Shown one piece after another: positions 36,280 through 49,473 of a DNA stretch of 64,000 nt; positions within the stretch are counted from its first letter, which is position 1, and each line of letters begins with the position of its first letter. The DNA is from Entomortierella parvispora E1425 (lineage: Eukaryota > Fungi > Mortierellomycota), in the NCBI GenBank assembly GCA_020891255.1, contig BQFW01000007.1:2728001-2792000 (forward strand). Reading direction: 5' to 3'. Both the position numbers and the translations under genes were made by a program. Below the pieces are notes generated by a model. It was given only the letters and a program-made list of their open reading frames with translations. It was not told the origin of the DNA and did not search any database.

Positions 36280-38266
36280 ATGCCAAGGGAAATCATCACT
36301 ATTCAGGCCGGTCAATGCGGCAACCAGAGTAGGGAACGGAGCTACAATGCAAGATGCTGGCTGCTGTTGTCACGGAGATGTTTCGAAATCAGGATTGTTG
36401 CCATCCTTCTTGGCTGACCAATGCATTTTCTTCTGTGTTCACTCTGCACCATTAGTCGGACAAGAATTCTGGGCTCAGTTGTGCGCAGAACATGGAATCA
36501 GCAAGGACGGCACTTTGGAGGATTTTGCCACGGAGACGGGCGACAGAAAAGATGTCTTCTTTTATCAGGCAAGGTTCCCGACGTCTGTTGTTCATTGGCC
36601 ACCAAAAAACAATCAATGCGGTGTATAAATTCGCTGAAAACAGGAAGACTGACAGTTTCGGCATTCTCTTTCTTAGGCTGACGATGAGCATTATATCCCA
36701 CGAGCAATTCTTCTTGATCTGGAACCTAGGGTACACAAGTCTGACAGGACCGTGTCTTGTTTTTGTTGCAAAGCTCATAGGCATCTCCAAGTCTTAACAG
36801 CTTTTTTTGTTTCTTTCTCTCTCTCTCTCTCGCTTTCTACTCCAGGTCATCAATACGATCACAACTTCAGCATACGCCAACCTCTACAACCCCGAAAATA
36901 TTTTCTTGTCCAAGGATGGAGGAGGCGCAGGCAACAATTGGTCACTAGGCTATGGTGCAGGAGAACGCGAGGCAGAGGATATCATGGATAAACTCGACCG
37001 AGAGGCTGATGGCAGTGATTCACTCGAGGGCTTCATGTTGCTGCATTCTATCGCGGGGGGCACCGGTTCTGGACTCGGATCCTTTCTCCTGGAGAGACTC
37101 AATGACCGCTACCCCAAAAAGCTGATCCAAACATACTCGGTCTTTCCCAACAACGAAGAAATGTCGGATGTGGTTGTCCAGCCCTATAACAGCATGTTGA
37201 GTTTGAAGCGATTGACCCAAAACGCAGACTGTGTCGTTGTCCTGGACAACGCTGCCCTGACTCGTATTGCCTGCGATCGCTTGCACATCCCCAACCCAAC
37301 CTTTGCTCAGACAAATCAACTGGTAACTATTACACTCCAAGTGTTGTTTCGAATATCTGGACCTGATACTCACCTTCAAAACCTCTCCCGGTTTATATAG
37401 GTCTCCACAGTGATGTCGGCCAGCACAACCACCCTTCGATACCCAGGATATATGAACAACGATCTCGTTGGCATGATCGCCTCGTTGATTCCAACACCCA
37501 AATGCCATTTCCTCCAGACCTCTTATACACCCTTCACCAGCGACGGTGTAGATCACACAAAGTCGGTTCGAAAGACGACTGTACTGGATGTGATGCGTCG
37601 CCTTTTGCAGCCCAAGAACCGAATGGTTTCAACTACGCCATCCAAGAAGAGTTGTTATGTCTCGATTCTTAATATCATTCAGGGCGAGGCGGACCCAACA
37701 GATGTAAGGACCTCGTTACGATTCGGCATGGAGCTGGTGTTTATTTGTTGCATATGACTAATTAATGGATTTCAATTCGGTCAACACAGGTTCATAAATC
37801 GCTGATGCGTATCAGAGAGAGACGACTGGCGTCATTCATTCCATGGGGACCAGCCAGTATTCAAGTAGCGTTGACCAAGAAGTCGCCTTATATCCAAACG
37901 CCACACCGTGTCAGTGGATTGATGTTGGCCAACCACACCAGCATCGCATCGGTATGTTCTTCATCCTATTTCTGCTGATTCTTCTCAGTCTCAGTCCTAA
38001 AATCCAGCTCGGACGGAGTCAATGTGAAAAGAAGTACTATTTTCTAATCTTTTATTCGTTCTCTCACACATCAGCTATTCAAACGCACATGCGACCAGTT
38101 TGACAAACTCCGGAAACGAAATGCCTTCTTGGAGCCCTATCGCCAGGGATCGCTATTCCAGGATGGACTGGAGGAGTTTGACGAGTCAAGAGAGGTTGTT
38201 CAGGACTTAATCAACGAGTACGAGGCATGTGAGGGTGAAAACTACATCAGCTACAACTCTTCGTAA
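36280..38266 (+). CDS. TUB4: Gamma-tubulin, 449 aa; join(36280..36328,36456..36568,36677..36730,36846..37322,37401..37703,37790..37951,38075..38266)
   Basis: [16 protein letters not shown] start, [20 protein letters not shown], tubulin signature [17 protein letters not shown] and ANHTSI. The exons total 1350 nt. Intron 2 has a GC donor. Confidence 0.97.
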
Positions 38267-38727
38267 GGACCGAGAGACTGTTGGTGATCATGGATCTACA
38301 CGGGATGAGATCCAAGTTTTCAGGAGACCCAGAGTCCACGCCCAGTAGAGTAGATTTGGAGTCGTGAAAGTAAAATCATAATTGCCAGCAACGATCGTGT
38401 TTGTCGCCTCATAAACCCAATGTTCAGCAAAAGTCATCTGAGGACGTGCGCGTCATTGCCATTCTTTGCTCGAGATCTTTGGCACAGGTCGTCTCTTCGG
38501 ATGTCCTTTTTTTTTTTTGTTTGTCCTTTACAAGACCCTCAATCTCAACTCCCCTCTCCCAAATCACAGGTCTTTTTAGGACTTTCCATTTATTTGACCT
38601 TCTGCTTGCTACATACAATCTTCATACTTTCCTTTTTTGCTGATGTTTGTTTTGTTGAATGGGGACTTATCTTGTCCAATGGTACCTTTTTTTCTTTTCT
38701 CTCTCTCTCTCTCTTTTTTTTTTATCT

Positions 38728-41700
38728 CTACAAGGTGCGCCAACCGCCAATATCATAACTCTGCTCAATCTTGCGAGCAACATGGATGGGGATTCCATGG
38801 GTGAGCCAAAGACGTCGAAGATCATCGTACCGCAATGGGTTCAAGAACTGTGGACGGCCGCGTCGAAGACCCAGATCCGCCTCTCCATGCTCATCCAGGA
38901 AAGGCGCCGGGTGGAAGCACCCGTTCCGGACATGGAGCAACAAGATGACACACTTCTTGATCAACAGATAGATACCAACAGGTCCTGTGCATCTATTGGT
39001 TTTCAAATGAAAGGGGACGGAGGAAAAGAAAGCAAGTGGAATAAATTAGCAACTGATTTTTGGCCGAATAAAAATAAAATAAAAACAAAACAAAACTCAG
39101 AATACAAAAAGAAAAAAAAAGGGGTTCTTTCACTTACCCCAAAGCATGGGTGTTGCACTCGCCACGACCGTCGCTGTCCAATCCCTCGAGACAACAGAAA
39201 CTTTGACTGCATACAATCGTGCCACAGCAAAGGCACAGGGCTGGGTCGTTCGGAACCGTATTACACTTGGGACAGACATACTTGATGCTCTGTTCAAACA
39301 ACGCATCCAGTCGTCGAGGCAATCCCACCAACTCGTAGATAGTCGGATGGTTCAAGCTGATTGGCAATCGGACCAAAGATCCCGTTGCCGTCGATCCATG
39401 CGCTGTCGAATGCACAGGTCCTCCGATCCGGAGCACGTTCTGCATGTCCATCACTGAACCGTTGCCCTCCCGTCCTGGGATCATCATCCTGGCTGGCTGA
39501 GAGACTGCCGCCGCATCCGCACACCACGCCACCACCAGCGACCTCAACGTCTCATCGGTCGACCACTTGGTGAACAAGGTAAACAGCTCTGGCAGGTGCA
39601 ACAAGGCCGACAAGCGTGCAAACTCATCGTCCAAAGGCTCTGCCGTCGACATGGCGGGCTGCGTCTCTGGGAACAAGACACCGTAGCGTGCGTCAAAGAG
39701 GAGGGCACACTTTCTCAGGAAAGGAAGCGTGTACGTCTTGAGCAACTTGAGCTGCAGCCGACTCGACATTGTCTCCCTGAACTTGCGCACTTGCTCCTGA
39801 GGCATCTTCAGCGCTCCCGTTACAAAATCCACAAACGCATCCAGAATTCCTTGGTCCTGTTCACTCAACGCCTCCAGACTGTATTGCTCAAACGAGGTGA
39901 TTCGGCTCTCGGACCGGAATACGCCACTCAGATCCGTCGTCGCCAACGCAGACACAATCTTGACAATCTCGGCCACCAACAACGTCTCGAGCAAATGCCC
40001 TGGCTCAACACCTGTCAAAGGATGCAAAGCCAACTCTGTCAAGATGAAGAAGGGGTCATCCAGGAGCAAAGGCTTGACATACTGCAAAGGTGCCAAGTCC
40101 TGCTCATCCAGCCCGGGCAGTCCTTGTACAATCTTGCCCAGTCTCTCACTGTTCAACTGCGCCAACCGTTCACGATGCTCAGGGCGGTAGACCATCGAGG
40201 ACGTGTACGAGGTAATGGTATCAGCCATCATTCGAAGAAGAGTCAACGTCTGTTGTTGAATTCCAGCAATCAACGTGGATGTTCCATTGGCTGCGTTCAC
40301 ACCACGTTGTGTAATTTCAACACAGGAGACTGTGTATGCGAATGCCTCCCACATCACATCGACTTCCTCTACCTCACTGCGAGTGTAGGTCAAGTTCTCC
40401 TCAGGACGCAACAGATCCATGTGGTTCATCTGGAAAACCTCAGCCAGACGCTGGTACATTGTTCGAACCGCATCCGTATCAAACGTCTCAGGGTTATCCG
40501 AAGGAGGGCTGGACGTCGTTATGTTGCTCCACTGCGTTGACGTGACTCGCTCAGGGATGACGTTCATTACCGCCGCTCCTGGTGCTCGGAATATACTTTG
40601 GACTGCAGTGAACATTGCTTGACTCCGACTGTTTCTCCTGCCAGGATTGGGGATACCTTCTCCAGTTCTCGAGCTCGAGCCGGAATCCACGAGCGCATGG
40701 GCTGCATTTTTGTCTGCCGTGAGCTGTTTCAGAGTCGATACAGCACTGTTCTTGAACCAATCCTGCACTGTTCCTTCATTCACAGGCTCTAATACACCAG
40801 GGTATGTCTGCTTCTTTCCCTTCCACACGATCGGCAGCAACAGGTTCCCAAGAGATTTGCAAAGAGGACACATGTACTCTTTTTGCTCTGGATCCTCGGG
40901 ATGGTTCCTGTTGTGTTGAGCTTCATGCCGTTGTTGCAAGGATCGAACATACGTCTCAAAACATTTGATATGCATCAAGTGGCCACAGCTCGAGGTGTAC
41001 AGGCCACGGCGATGGGAAGTGGAGGGGAATCCTCGTGAGACCTGGGGCGTACGAAGAGGTGGGGTCACGGGCTTGACTTCAGGCTGGGTGGGATGCTCAT
41101 GAGAAGGCTCCGGCTTGGGTTTGAATCCATCGTTGTGCTTCTCAAAGTTGGACGCAACACCAAACGGTCTGATGCAAGTCGCCGAGATATCAAGGCTCAA
41201 TGGAGACACCACAGACTCCAACACGAACTGAGAGTCGTTCATAGGCGTTTGTCGAAGAACATGCGAAGGCTGAACGTATGCCAACATACCGTACTCGCTT
41301 GACTGGGTCATCTCCTCCTGACACACGATGCAGGTGCCCGTAGGATAATTCCAGACAGCCTCCGCAATCTTGTGCACTCCCAAATCCAGGGGGGTTGGCT
41401 CGTCGACATCAATGGATGATCCAGCCTCGTCCGAGTCCGAGTCGTAGAGGTCCAAATTGGAAGAGATGAAGCTCTGTTGTTTTTGGGCCATCTCGGCCAA
41501 CATCTTTGCTTGGCGCTCCTTGCTTTCCTTCTTCTTCCTCTCAGCCTCAGCCAATTCACTCATCCCGGAATCTTCGCCTTCCAAGGGTCCCTTAGATGCC
41601 CTCCATTGTCCAACAATCTCCTGCGCCTCTGTAGAACCCAAAGTCTCAAACTTCTTCAAGACAAAGTGCAGCTTGGGCTGAATGCTCTTGTAAGCTGGGT

Positions 41701-44700
41701 CGTCGGCTCTCTGGATCAGGATAGAAAGAAGAGTGAGTCGAACGCGCTCATTGTCATTGACAATAACGGGGAACTTCTCAAAGGTAGCGTGACGGATAAA
41801 TCCGTTCATGCCATGACCAGAGGATTCTCCAGAAAGGTTCTGCTCCAGACTGCGCGCTGCATCACTGTTGGGGTCAAGAACGGCAATCTGCATCAAGTAC
41901 GCGGCTTGGTCGATGATGGTATCTGACTTGATCTTTGGCTCTGCCTTGACATTCCAGAACGTATAAAACAGTATTTGGGTCATGGCCTTGGTGTGCATCA
42001 TGTTGCCCAGGTTTTGGAAGGGTCCACGCTCAATCTTGGAGAGTCGGGGAAGAATCTGGGGGGCCTTGATTGTGTTGCCGCTCTTCTTCACGAGACGGCT
42101 CTTGAGAATCTCCTCTGCTTCCTCGCTGTTGTTCCTGGAAAAGTGGATGAAGTAAGGGTCTACCTCGTCAAAGAACTGGTCCTTGAGCTCATAGAGTCCA
42201 TGGTCAGAGATGCCGTCTGGGGCGCGGAAGGAGGCAAGCTCCTTGAGGGTATCGTCGAATTTGACATGCTCCGTCAGACGTTCAGGAATGCGCTTGGCCA
42301 ACTCTGAATAGGCGATGGGCTTCAAGCAAAGACCATGGACAATCTCACGCCTGATCTCCTGCTCAATCTTGAATCCCGCAGCATTCACACGATCCGAAAT
42401 ACAGACGATCAAGAGCGTCAGGAGTTCCTCTGCCATGAAGACAATCTGAAGCAAGTCGTAGGTGTCGTGTTCACGCTGACCCGAGAACCAGTCCAAAAGC
42501 TCGAACCGATCCAAGGCAGTCACCAAGAATTGTTCGGGATCAAAGAGGACCATGGATACTTGGAGAAGGAAGATGTCCGAGTCATAAGTGTTCTCACGCA
42601 AAGACACCTCTCGGTAGTACTGAGCTTGAGTACGGATCACAAATCCGTTACGCACCCACACATTTGCCTTGATTTGAGCCATGAGGACGCAAACTAGATG
42701 TTCAAAATGTTAGTTCCAAGACTTGATCAAAGATAGCGGCCATACTGCAGTCAGTTTCGTTTCACATACCTCTCAGTGGGTAGTCGAAAATCTCCTTGAG
42801 TCTAAACATCATCTGCGCCTCCGTTTCGTTTCCTTGACCGACAAACTGCATCATCATCTGACGGAAGGAATCAAAGCCAATCTTTTGAAGTTCCTGCGAG
42901 TCCAAAAAGTCTACATTCTCAAGCAAGTCCGCCAGGAACCAATGAAGTGGGTGATGGAACGAGACGGGCTGTACCGAAACCTTGTACTTGATAATTTCGT
43001 ATGCTGTTGGTGGTGTCGTTGGCATGACAACCGTGTGGACTAGAGTGCGAAGGACTGGCTGGGGTGCCCTTGGCAATGCGGTAGGCGCCAGAGGAACTGC
43101 TGGCATGTTGGCTCCAGGAGCGGTGGCCATATCCATGGTCATGGGTTCGGCAGTCAGGGGGCCACCAGGAGCAATGGTATGCTGTGGTGGTGGTGGTGCG
43201 CCAGATCCAAACTCGGGTGCAGGAGGGGTCTCCTCTTCATGCTTGTCACACCATTCCTGGATCTTTTTCAAAGTCCGTGCAAGCACCTGCGTCAGAACTG
43301 TTGGATTTGAGGTGAAGCAGTCGGCAAATTGGCGACAGCACTTGTAGAGTTGCAGGGTGACATTGAAGGCGTTGACCCAGGTATTGGTCTCGAATTCGAC
43401 GTGGTCGAGTGAGTAGCGTGTGTTGGTGTGCATTCCCTGGAACATGTCGAGACAGGCGATCATCTGAGCTTGGTATGTGGGCCTGTTGGATACGATCTGC
43501 TTCACAGCCTCATTACTGAGAATGTACCTAAAGTCGTGGAAGATGTGAAAGTAGCGTCGGTTCTCAAATGGCGGACTGTTGCAGTTGATGGGTCCAATCC
43601 TGCGCTTGGGTCCTTGGAAGAACGAAATCAGGATCTGGCAGAGGATATAGATAAAGTTGTGTTCTCGTGCGAGCATTTCCGCAATGGTGGGCACAGTGAA
43701 GAGCTGGACCGAAAACAGGATGATGGAAAGTTCGGGAGCACGGTCCACAACCAAGAAAGCGCGAGCAATCTTGAGATAGTTGTAGGCAAATCGGACAGCT
43801 AAATACAGCAAAGTGGGTTAGTTATGTCAACTCGGTGTTTCTCCTGCGCCAAGCCTCTAGATGTGTGATTTACCCATGAACTTTTTGTATTTTGGACTGA
43901 GGACCAAGGTTCCAATGTACACTTCCCGCAGACTGGCTCGAGGACGTTTCCAAAACTTGAGATCCAGCAGCAGCAGCCAGTCGATCCTGAGTTTCCTATG
44001 GGGTGGTCCAGCTCTGGCGCTCTTGGCGAGCGGATCCGAGGATTGGTGATCAGTGCTTGAGCTGGAAGCATCTCCCATTGCTACATCCTCATCATGTCCA
44101 ACAAGGGCCATTTCCGAGTCGCCATCTTGAGTTGCATCAGCGTAAGCACTTCTTGCAGCGAGATCGTCGGCTGTGTCAAAGTCATAGTATGATCCATAGC
44201 CATCGGCGTCGTTGTCGGTATCAAAGTCAAGATCCTCTGCTAAAATGGGTCCACGTTCATCCTCGGGGTTGATGCCGTCAATATCAATAGGGTCATCCTC
44301 CATCTCTGCGATAGCCTCCTCGTCATTCATATTGCCGTTCCTGCTGGTCTTTCGGCGCCATTCACTGCACAGCTCCTCGCAAATGATTTCACGGATGGTC
44401 TGAGACTGTTTGCGCGAAACAGCTCCACCCTTGAAATAGGCAAGAGACTTCAAGAATGTAACGCAAACATCGCAGAGTTGCTCCTTGAATGTTTCTCTGG
44501 CCGATCGGATGCTCACGACCAAATCAATCTCCGCCAAGCTTCTGGCAATATCCATGAGCTTGTTAATGTCGCTCGATACTTCTACAATGGCACGTCCCTG
44601 GATATCACAAGAATATTGAAGCGAGATCAGGTTGAGAAACAAATACAGTGGATTCCAGAAAGCCTCAAACCGATATGGTCATTAAAGCCCCTGGCAGGTT

Positions 44701-45623
44701 AGGGGTTACATACCTGTGTGTCGACAGTCTCTGCGATTTTACGAGCATATGCAGTGGTCATGTTTGTGGTCTCGGAAACACGGTTGATGACGGCTGTGAA
44801 GGAATGGTCTTCATCGTTCCAGAGGACACAGCAGTACTGCATGTTTTCCAGGTCCGTCGTCTCTCCTGCGAGGTTGCCAGCCTCGATGGCGTCTCTCTGG
44901 ATCTGCTCCTTGCTCTCTCGAGTGGCATTCATGTTTTCAGGACACGTGGACATGGTATCGATGATAAAGTCAAGAACGGTGGCGATCGTCGCACGAATCG
45001 ACTCTGCCACCTCGGGAGGGTACTCTAGATTCTTTGGATCGGTTTCTCCAGCTGGGAGGTTCTTGGCCGAGTGATAGATGCAGTCCAGATCGACCTTCCA
45101 TGCTTCATGGTCTCCACAGTCGCAGCAGCCTCCGCCGCCGGCGTTGACCGAGAAGGAAGTATCGTGACCCTCATGGTTGGTGCCGTGGAAGCATCTTAGA
45201 CAGAAAACACAGGTCTCGTCAAAAGCGCAAGTTCTGGGAGGGAAAGAAGAGGGAAGGGGAAAAGAACAGAGGTGGGTTAATCCCATGCTTGCTATACACA
45301 TGGTCCACGAAGTCTGTTGTTGCAAAGCTAAGATCAGATACATACCGGCATCGATAAACGCCCTCGCCCATTTTGAAAGTGTGTCCACAGGCTTGACCGC
45401 GGGCAGAGGCCGAGTACTCGTCGTCACCATTGTCTGTGAGGACGGTAACGCCATTCTGCTTGGCCTCGACAAAGTAGGGGAAGTAATTATGCAAGAACTC
45501 GTCATTGTTGTCCCAGAGCGAAGCATAGAGCTCCGAGTTGATCTCGCGCACTGCATCATCACTGAGGACATTGTCAAACTTGCTGGCAGCATTGCGCAAA
45601 TAGGCGCGCAACGGGGTGTCCAT
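38728..45623 (-). CDS. UBR1: N-end-rule E3 ubiquitin ligase Ubr1, ~2123 aa; complement(join(38728..38992,39138..42693,42770..43798,43874..44597,44714..45233,45346..45623))
   Basis: UBR box (CGHTFKMGEGVYRCRTC...C..C...HEGH...GGCCDCGD), ClpS-like LWNDEDHSF, winged-helix region, RING-H2 (CIVC...CGHLMH..C...CPLC) and C-terminal LDEHGEADLGLRRG. The six exons total 6372 nt in frame. Confidence 0.95.
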
Positions 45624-46132
45624 GGTGGGAAGGGGTGCTGGTGGTAGGTGGGTGGTGAGTGGTAGTGGCAGTGGTAGTATAGTAGCCTCTTGCTTTTTCT
45701 TGGCTACGCTATCGCTCGCAACACTGCACTACGGTCGTCGACGCCTGTTTCCGGGGTCCTTTTGATGGTGAAGAACGGATGGTCGGGAGATGTGATGGAG
45801 CTGTGAATCAGCAGAAGACGTCCCTTTGTCGCGTGTGTGTGTTCGCACACCGTTTCCGTCGGTCTGTCGGTCTGTCGGTCTGCCTGTCTGCGGAGAGGAA
45901 AAAAAAAAAAAAGAAAGAAAAAAAAAAAAAGTGACGGCGGAAACGAGGGCGTGGGAGTGGGTGGGTGGGTCAAGAGTGTGTGGGTGAAGGAACGAACGAG
46001 AGAGAGAGAGGAGAGGAAAGCGAGCACTGGAGGTCCAATCAATAATCAATCAGAAAAAAAGACAATGGACGGTGATGGATGGACCAAAGGGAGAGAAGGG
46101 GTCTGATTGCTCTCGTATGGGGGCATTTGAGT

Positions 46133-46364
46133 GAGCATCTCGTCTCTCCTGGGGGCGAGTTGCATGCGCCCGAGAGGGGGACGAGGCGGTGCAATTAGAC
46201 AGCATGTGCGACATTGCATCATTCCGTGACGTAATAATCGCGCCAAATGCGCATTTCACGCTTATTTCCACTCTGGTTTTTTTTTTTTCTCTATTTCTTT
46301 GTTCACCTTCATGACGCCCTGAGTGCCATGAGTGAATGATCGTAGCAGTGCTAGTCGAAAACAT
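46133..46364 (+). repeat. Dispersed direct repeat, copy 1 (partner at 49912-50071)
   Basis: Shares GAGCATC..CTCTCCTGGGGG..AGTTGCATGCGC.CGAGAG and TTCACC.TCA..ACG..CATGAGTGAATGATCGTAG.A.T.CTAGTCGAAAACAT with copy 2. Confidence 0.8.
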
Positions 46365-46461
46365 TCAATACGACCAACATTGAAACTCACTCTGCGTCGT
46401 AGAAAAAGAAAAGCTGGTGATATGAAAAGGAACTGCACACACGGCGACCGCTGTTTTTATT

Positions 46462-48438
46462 TTACTTTGGAGTAGGTCCAAAGAAGCCAACGTTCCAATT
46501 CTCTGACCATGCTTTAGCGCCGCAATCCCAAACTTGAATCTTGTTGCCATTCATCAGTTTTTGGCCCGCGTTGTCGATACAGGTTCCCCCTCCCTTGTTG
46601 CGGATGGGCCCTTCGCTGAGGATCTCCCATATCTGAGAAGGGGACCTGTGGCACTTGAACACGGCCACGGCTGCTCCAATACCGCCACCATCAGCAGTGT
46701 TAGTCAAACATAAACCCGACTTGTCGTTCACGATGGTCCCATCCGTGTAAATATTCCATATCTGATTTTCACCATGATTGCACTGGTTGAGGACAACGTA
46801 GGAGCCGCCACTGTTCATATTGGCATCCAAGCAAAATCCTGGGTTTCCGAGAACGTTGGTGTTTGTCTGCTGGATTTGGACTTTGTTAAAGACAGCAGAT
46901 GTACTAGGGGCTGACCACAAATGACCATCGGTTTCATTGGGTGGGCCATTGACATTGTTGGAGGTGATGTACATGTGGCCCCTCATGAATTGCCAGTCAA
47001 GGCTACGCAACCTCCAGCTCCCGGGGGCCCCATAGTGTGTTTCAGAAGACCAAGTTGGATTGCCGTTCTTATCGTAGATAACCAGATTACCATCTTCTTG
47101 AAAGAGAATGTTATAGGATCCTGGAGTGCCCTTGCCTTGGGAACTTGTAGACCAAATGGCTTTCTTAGTCTTGACTTCGTACGAGACAAAGTTCCCATCG
47201 CTTTGCATGGCGTAGAAGTAGTCGGGGTCAGAGGGCACACGCACGGCCTCACACTCGCTAAGAGCGACACCTTGATAAAACCAGCCGTACCCTCCGCGAT
47301 TCTGTGTTTCATGAGGCGCGTTGGTAATATACTTGTTGATATCGCCTCCTAGGCATGGCCCATCTATGTCCTCCAACGTCTGATCCCTACCGTCTTTGGT
47401 ATAGAGGGTAGCTTGACGAGTATCGGGACCAACCATGGCTAACTTGACTTCGGTTGTAATCATGGTCTTGCATGTCTGTGCTTGTCCGGGACGAGTCTTG
47501 CACATGACCTGTGTAGGGAAGCCGCCAGAGTAGTATTTCAGGGCTAAACAATCGTTAGGAGTAATTTTCGTGAGGGAGTGGAGGTTGGCCGACATGATGG
47601 AGCCAGGATCACTCTCAGTGGCGGACCAGACGTTCTTGTTATCTGTTGTGATTTCGTGTGCGAGCCCAAGCACATGTCCAATCTCATGAGCCAACGTCAG
47701 GATTACGTCCTCATGTTTCTTTCGTTCGATTTTCGTGTTGTCGATCAAGACGGTCGTCCTCACATTGGGGTAATAAAACGGGAAAAAGGCAATGGCGATC
47801 GCACCAGGTATATCGCCTACGACGGGCTTAGTCGAAAGGTGGAACCAAAAATTTGCTTGGAACGCAACAGGGTTGTATTCCCAGTTGGCGAAAATGCTTT
47901 TCTCTCCACAGGCATCCGTCCAGAATTTGATAGCGGCCTTGATAACCTCGGCCATATGGGGAATGTTGATGGCAATGTTTTTATCAGCCGAGATACCATA
48001 GACTATACGCGTGTTTCTTGGCCAGACTTTGAGTTGCAATCCCTCCACTTTATCTGCCCACCACCGAGATCGTTTCTCGAGGGTATGAGGGTCATGGGGG
48101 AACGTAGGCACAGATTCGTTCACAGATGGGAAGAGGCGATCAAACTCGCGTTGCGACACAAGGGTAGCATTCTTGGGCACATGGTTGCAAACAACTCCTC
48201 CGGCGATATGGCTTCCGCAGTATTTCTCATCCACATTGGTCATGTTGGGCTTCACAAGAGGATAAATAGGACAGGGATTGCCTCCACATTCGGTGCTAAC
48301 GTTGATGGGCTTGCCATAGATGTTTAAATGTCCATGCTTTCCCCAGTTCTCCAAGAGCTCATGAGACCACGCCGTGGCCAGACTGAAACTGGAAGACAGA
48401 GCCAGTAGAGCCAGGAAGGTGATACGAAGGGATATCAT
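46462..48438 (-). CDS. Secreted metzincin (matrixin-like) metalloprotease fused to a bulb-type (GNA) lectin and a ricin-B lectin; 658 aa, intronless
   Basis: Signal peptide MISLRITFLALLALSSSFSLATA; dibasic LEKR site; zinc motif HEIGHVLGLAHE (47653-47688) and Met-turn GSIMS; QSDGNFVSY and QEDGNLVIY mannose-binding motifs; three ricin subrepeats CLD...QC...QIW, CL...KC...QIW and CID...WDC...ENW. Confidence 0.9.
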   Translation of the reverse strand: MISLRITFLALLALSSSFSLATAWSHELLENWGKHGHLNIYGKPINVSTECGGNPCPIYPLVKPNMTNVDEKYCGSHIAGGVVCNHVPKNATLVSQREFDRLFPSVNESVPTFPHDPHTLEKRSRWWADKVEGLQLKVWPRNTRIVYGISADKNIAINIPHMAEVIKAAIKFWTDACGEKSIFANWEYNPVAFQANFWFHLSTKPVVGDIPGAIAIAFFPFYYPNVRTTVLIDNTKIERKKHEDVILTLAHEIGHVLGLAHEITTDNKNVWSATESDPGSIMSANLHSLTKITPNDCLALKYYSGGFPTQVMCKTRPGQAQTCKTMITTEVKLAMVGPDTRQATLYTKDGRDQTLEDIDGPCLGGDINKYITNAPHETQNRGGYGWFYQGVALSECEAVRVPSDPDYFYAMQSDGNFVSYEVKTKKAIWSTSSQGKGTPGSYNILFQEDGNLVIYDKNGNPTWSSETHYGAPGSWRLRSLDWQFMRGHMYITSNNVNGPPNETDGHLWSAPSTSAVFNKVQIQQTNTNVLGNPGFCLDANMNSGGSYVVLNQCNHGENQIWNIYTDGTIVNDKSGLCLTNTADGGGIGAAVAVFKCHRSPSQIWEILSEGPIRNKGGGTCIDNAGQKLMNGNKIQVWDCGAKAWSENWNVGFFGPTPK

Positions 48439-49473
48439 CTAATCAATTGCATTCCAAGGTTGCACAGGGTTAGTCGCGAAAAAAAAACACGAAAATCATT
48501 GCACGGTTATTTAAAAGTTGAAACCTACCTAACGATTGAAATGATAAAATCGAAAAGATAGAGGCGTGGATGGACGGAGGAGGGTGTGAGAGAAGAGTAT
48601 GGGAGGGGGTTGAGGGTCGCCAGTGAAGACAATGGTCGAAAGAATGAGGAGAGAGAGGTTATTTAAGCAAAAGCACGATGCAGTGATTGACCATGGGCTG
48701 GAATTGCAAGTTGCTTCGATGCAACGCTGTACATGGCCATGCTTTAAAAAATGGACCTGCTAATACTCTATAATGTACCGGGTCGGTCCCTGATTACAGT
48801 TTTAGGGGCAAACATCGGATGCAGGCGTGGCGTAGATACCCCAGGTAAAGAGCAAATAATTTTTTGTCAAGTCTCGGTGGACGTGAAATGGGCAAGGGGG
48901 ATCCCATCGGAGATTCGTTGTGATACCCTCGGCTCATTTTTGGGTTAAGGCTCCTTGGAATGAGCTTGAGCTCTGTTGTTTGATACTTAACATACGACAG
49001 CAGAAAGTTCAGTTCATTGACCTAGAGTGCTGCGACTGCCCACTTGAATGTCCGGAAACTATGCTTTCTCCTTGTTGGTTTCCTCAATTGGCAAAAAAAT
49101 AATATCAGTAAAAAAAAACCCCCTCCCCCCTCGTTACCTAGATCCATCTTCGCCCTCACAGCTCTTCCGAATTGAGCTTCAAAATACTTCGCCCTCTTGG
49201 CATCAATTTCTCGCCCTCTTGGCATCAAGTCATTGTTCTGAATCCATCCTCAACCCACCAACTCCTCGAACGATAAAGTCATTTCAAGACGGTATCGTTC
49301 TTGTTCTTGCCTCCAGTAGATCGATTCGCAAGCTACCGCAAGCAAGCAAAGAAGGGGGGTCGTCTTTATTAAGTTGTTCCTTCGACACTGCCTTTTTATT
49401 ATTGTCAAAGCAATGGGCCTCTCCGTCGAATTCAACTCCTGATTTACCCACGCCAAGATGATTCTGAATCTTT

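Noticed and set aside
39596-40540. 314-aa plus-strand ORF, and similar ORFs opposite UBR1, the NLR and the protease gene
   Set aside because: Antisense shadow frames of well-supported genes.
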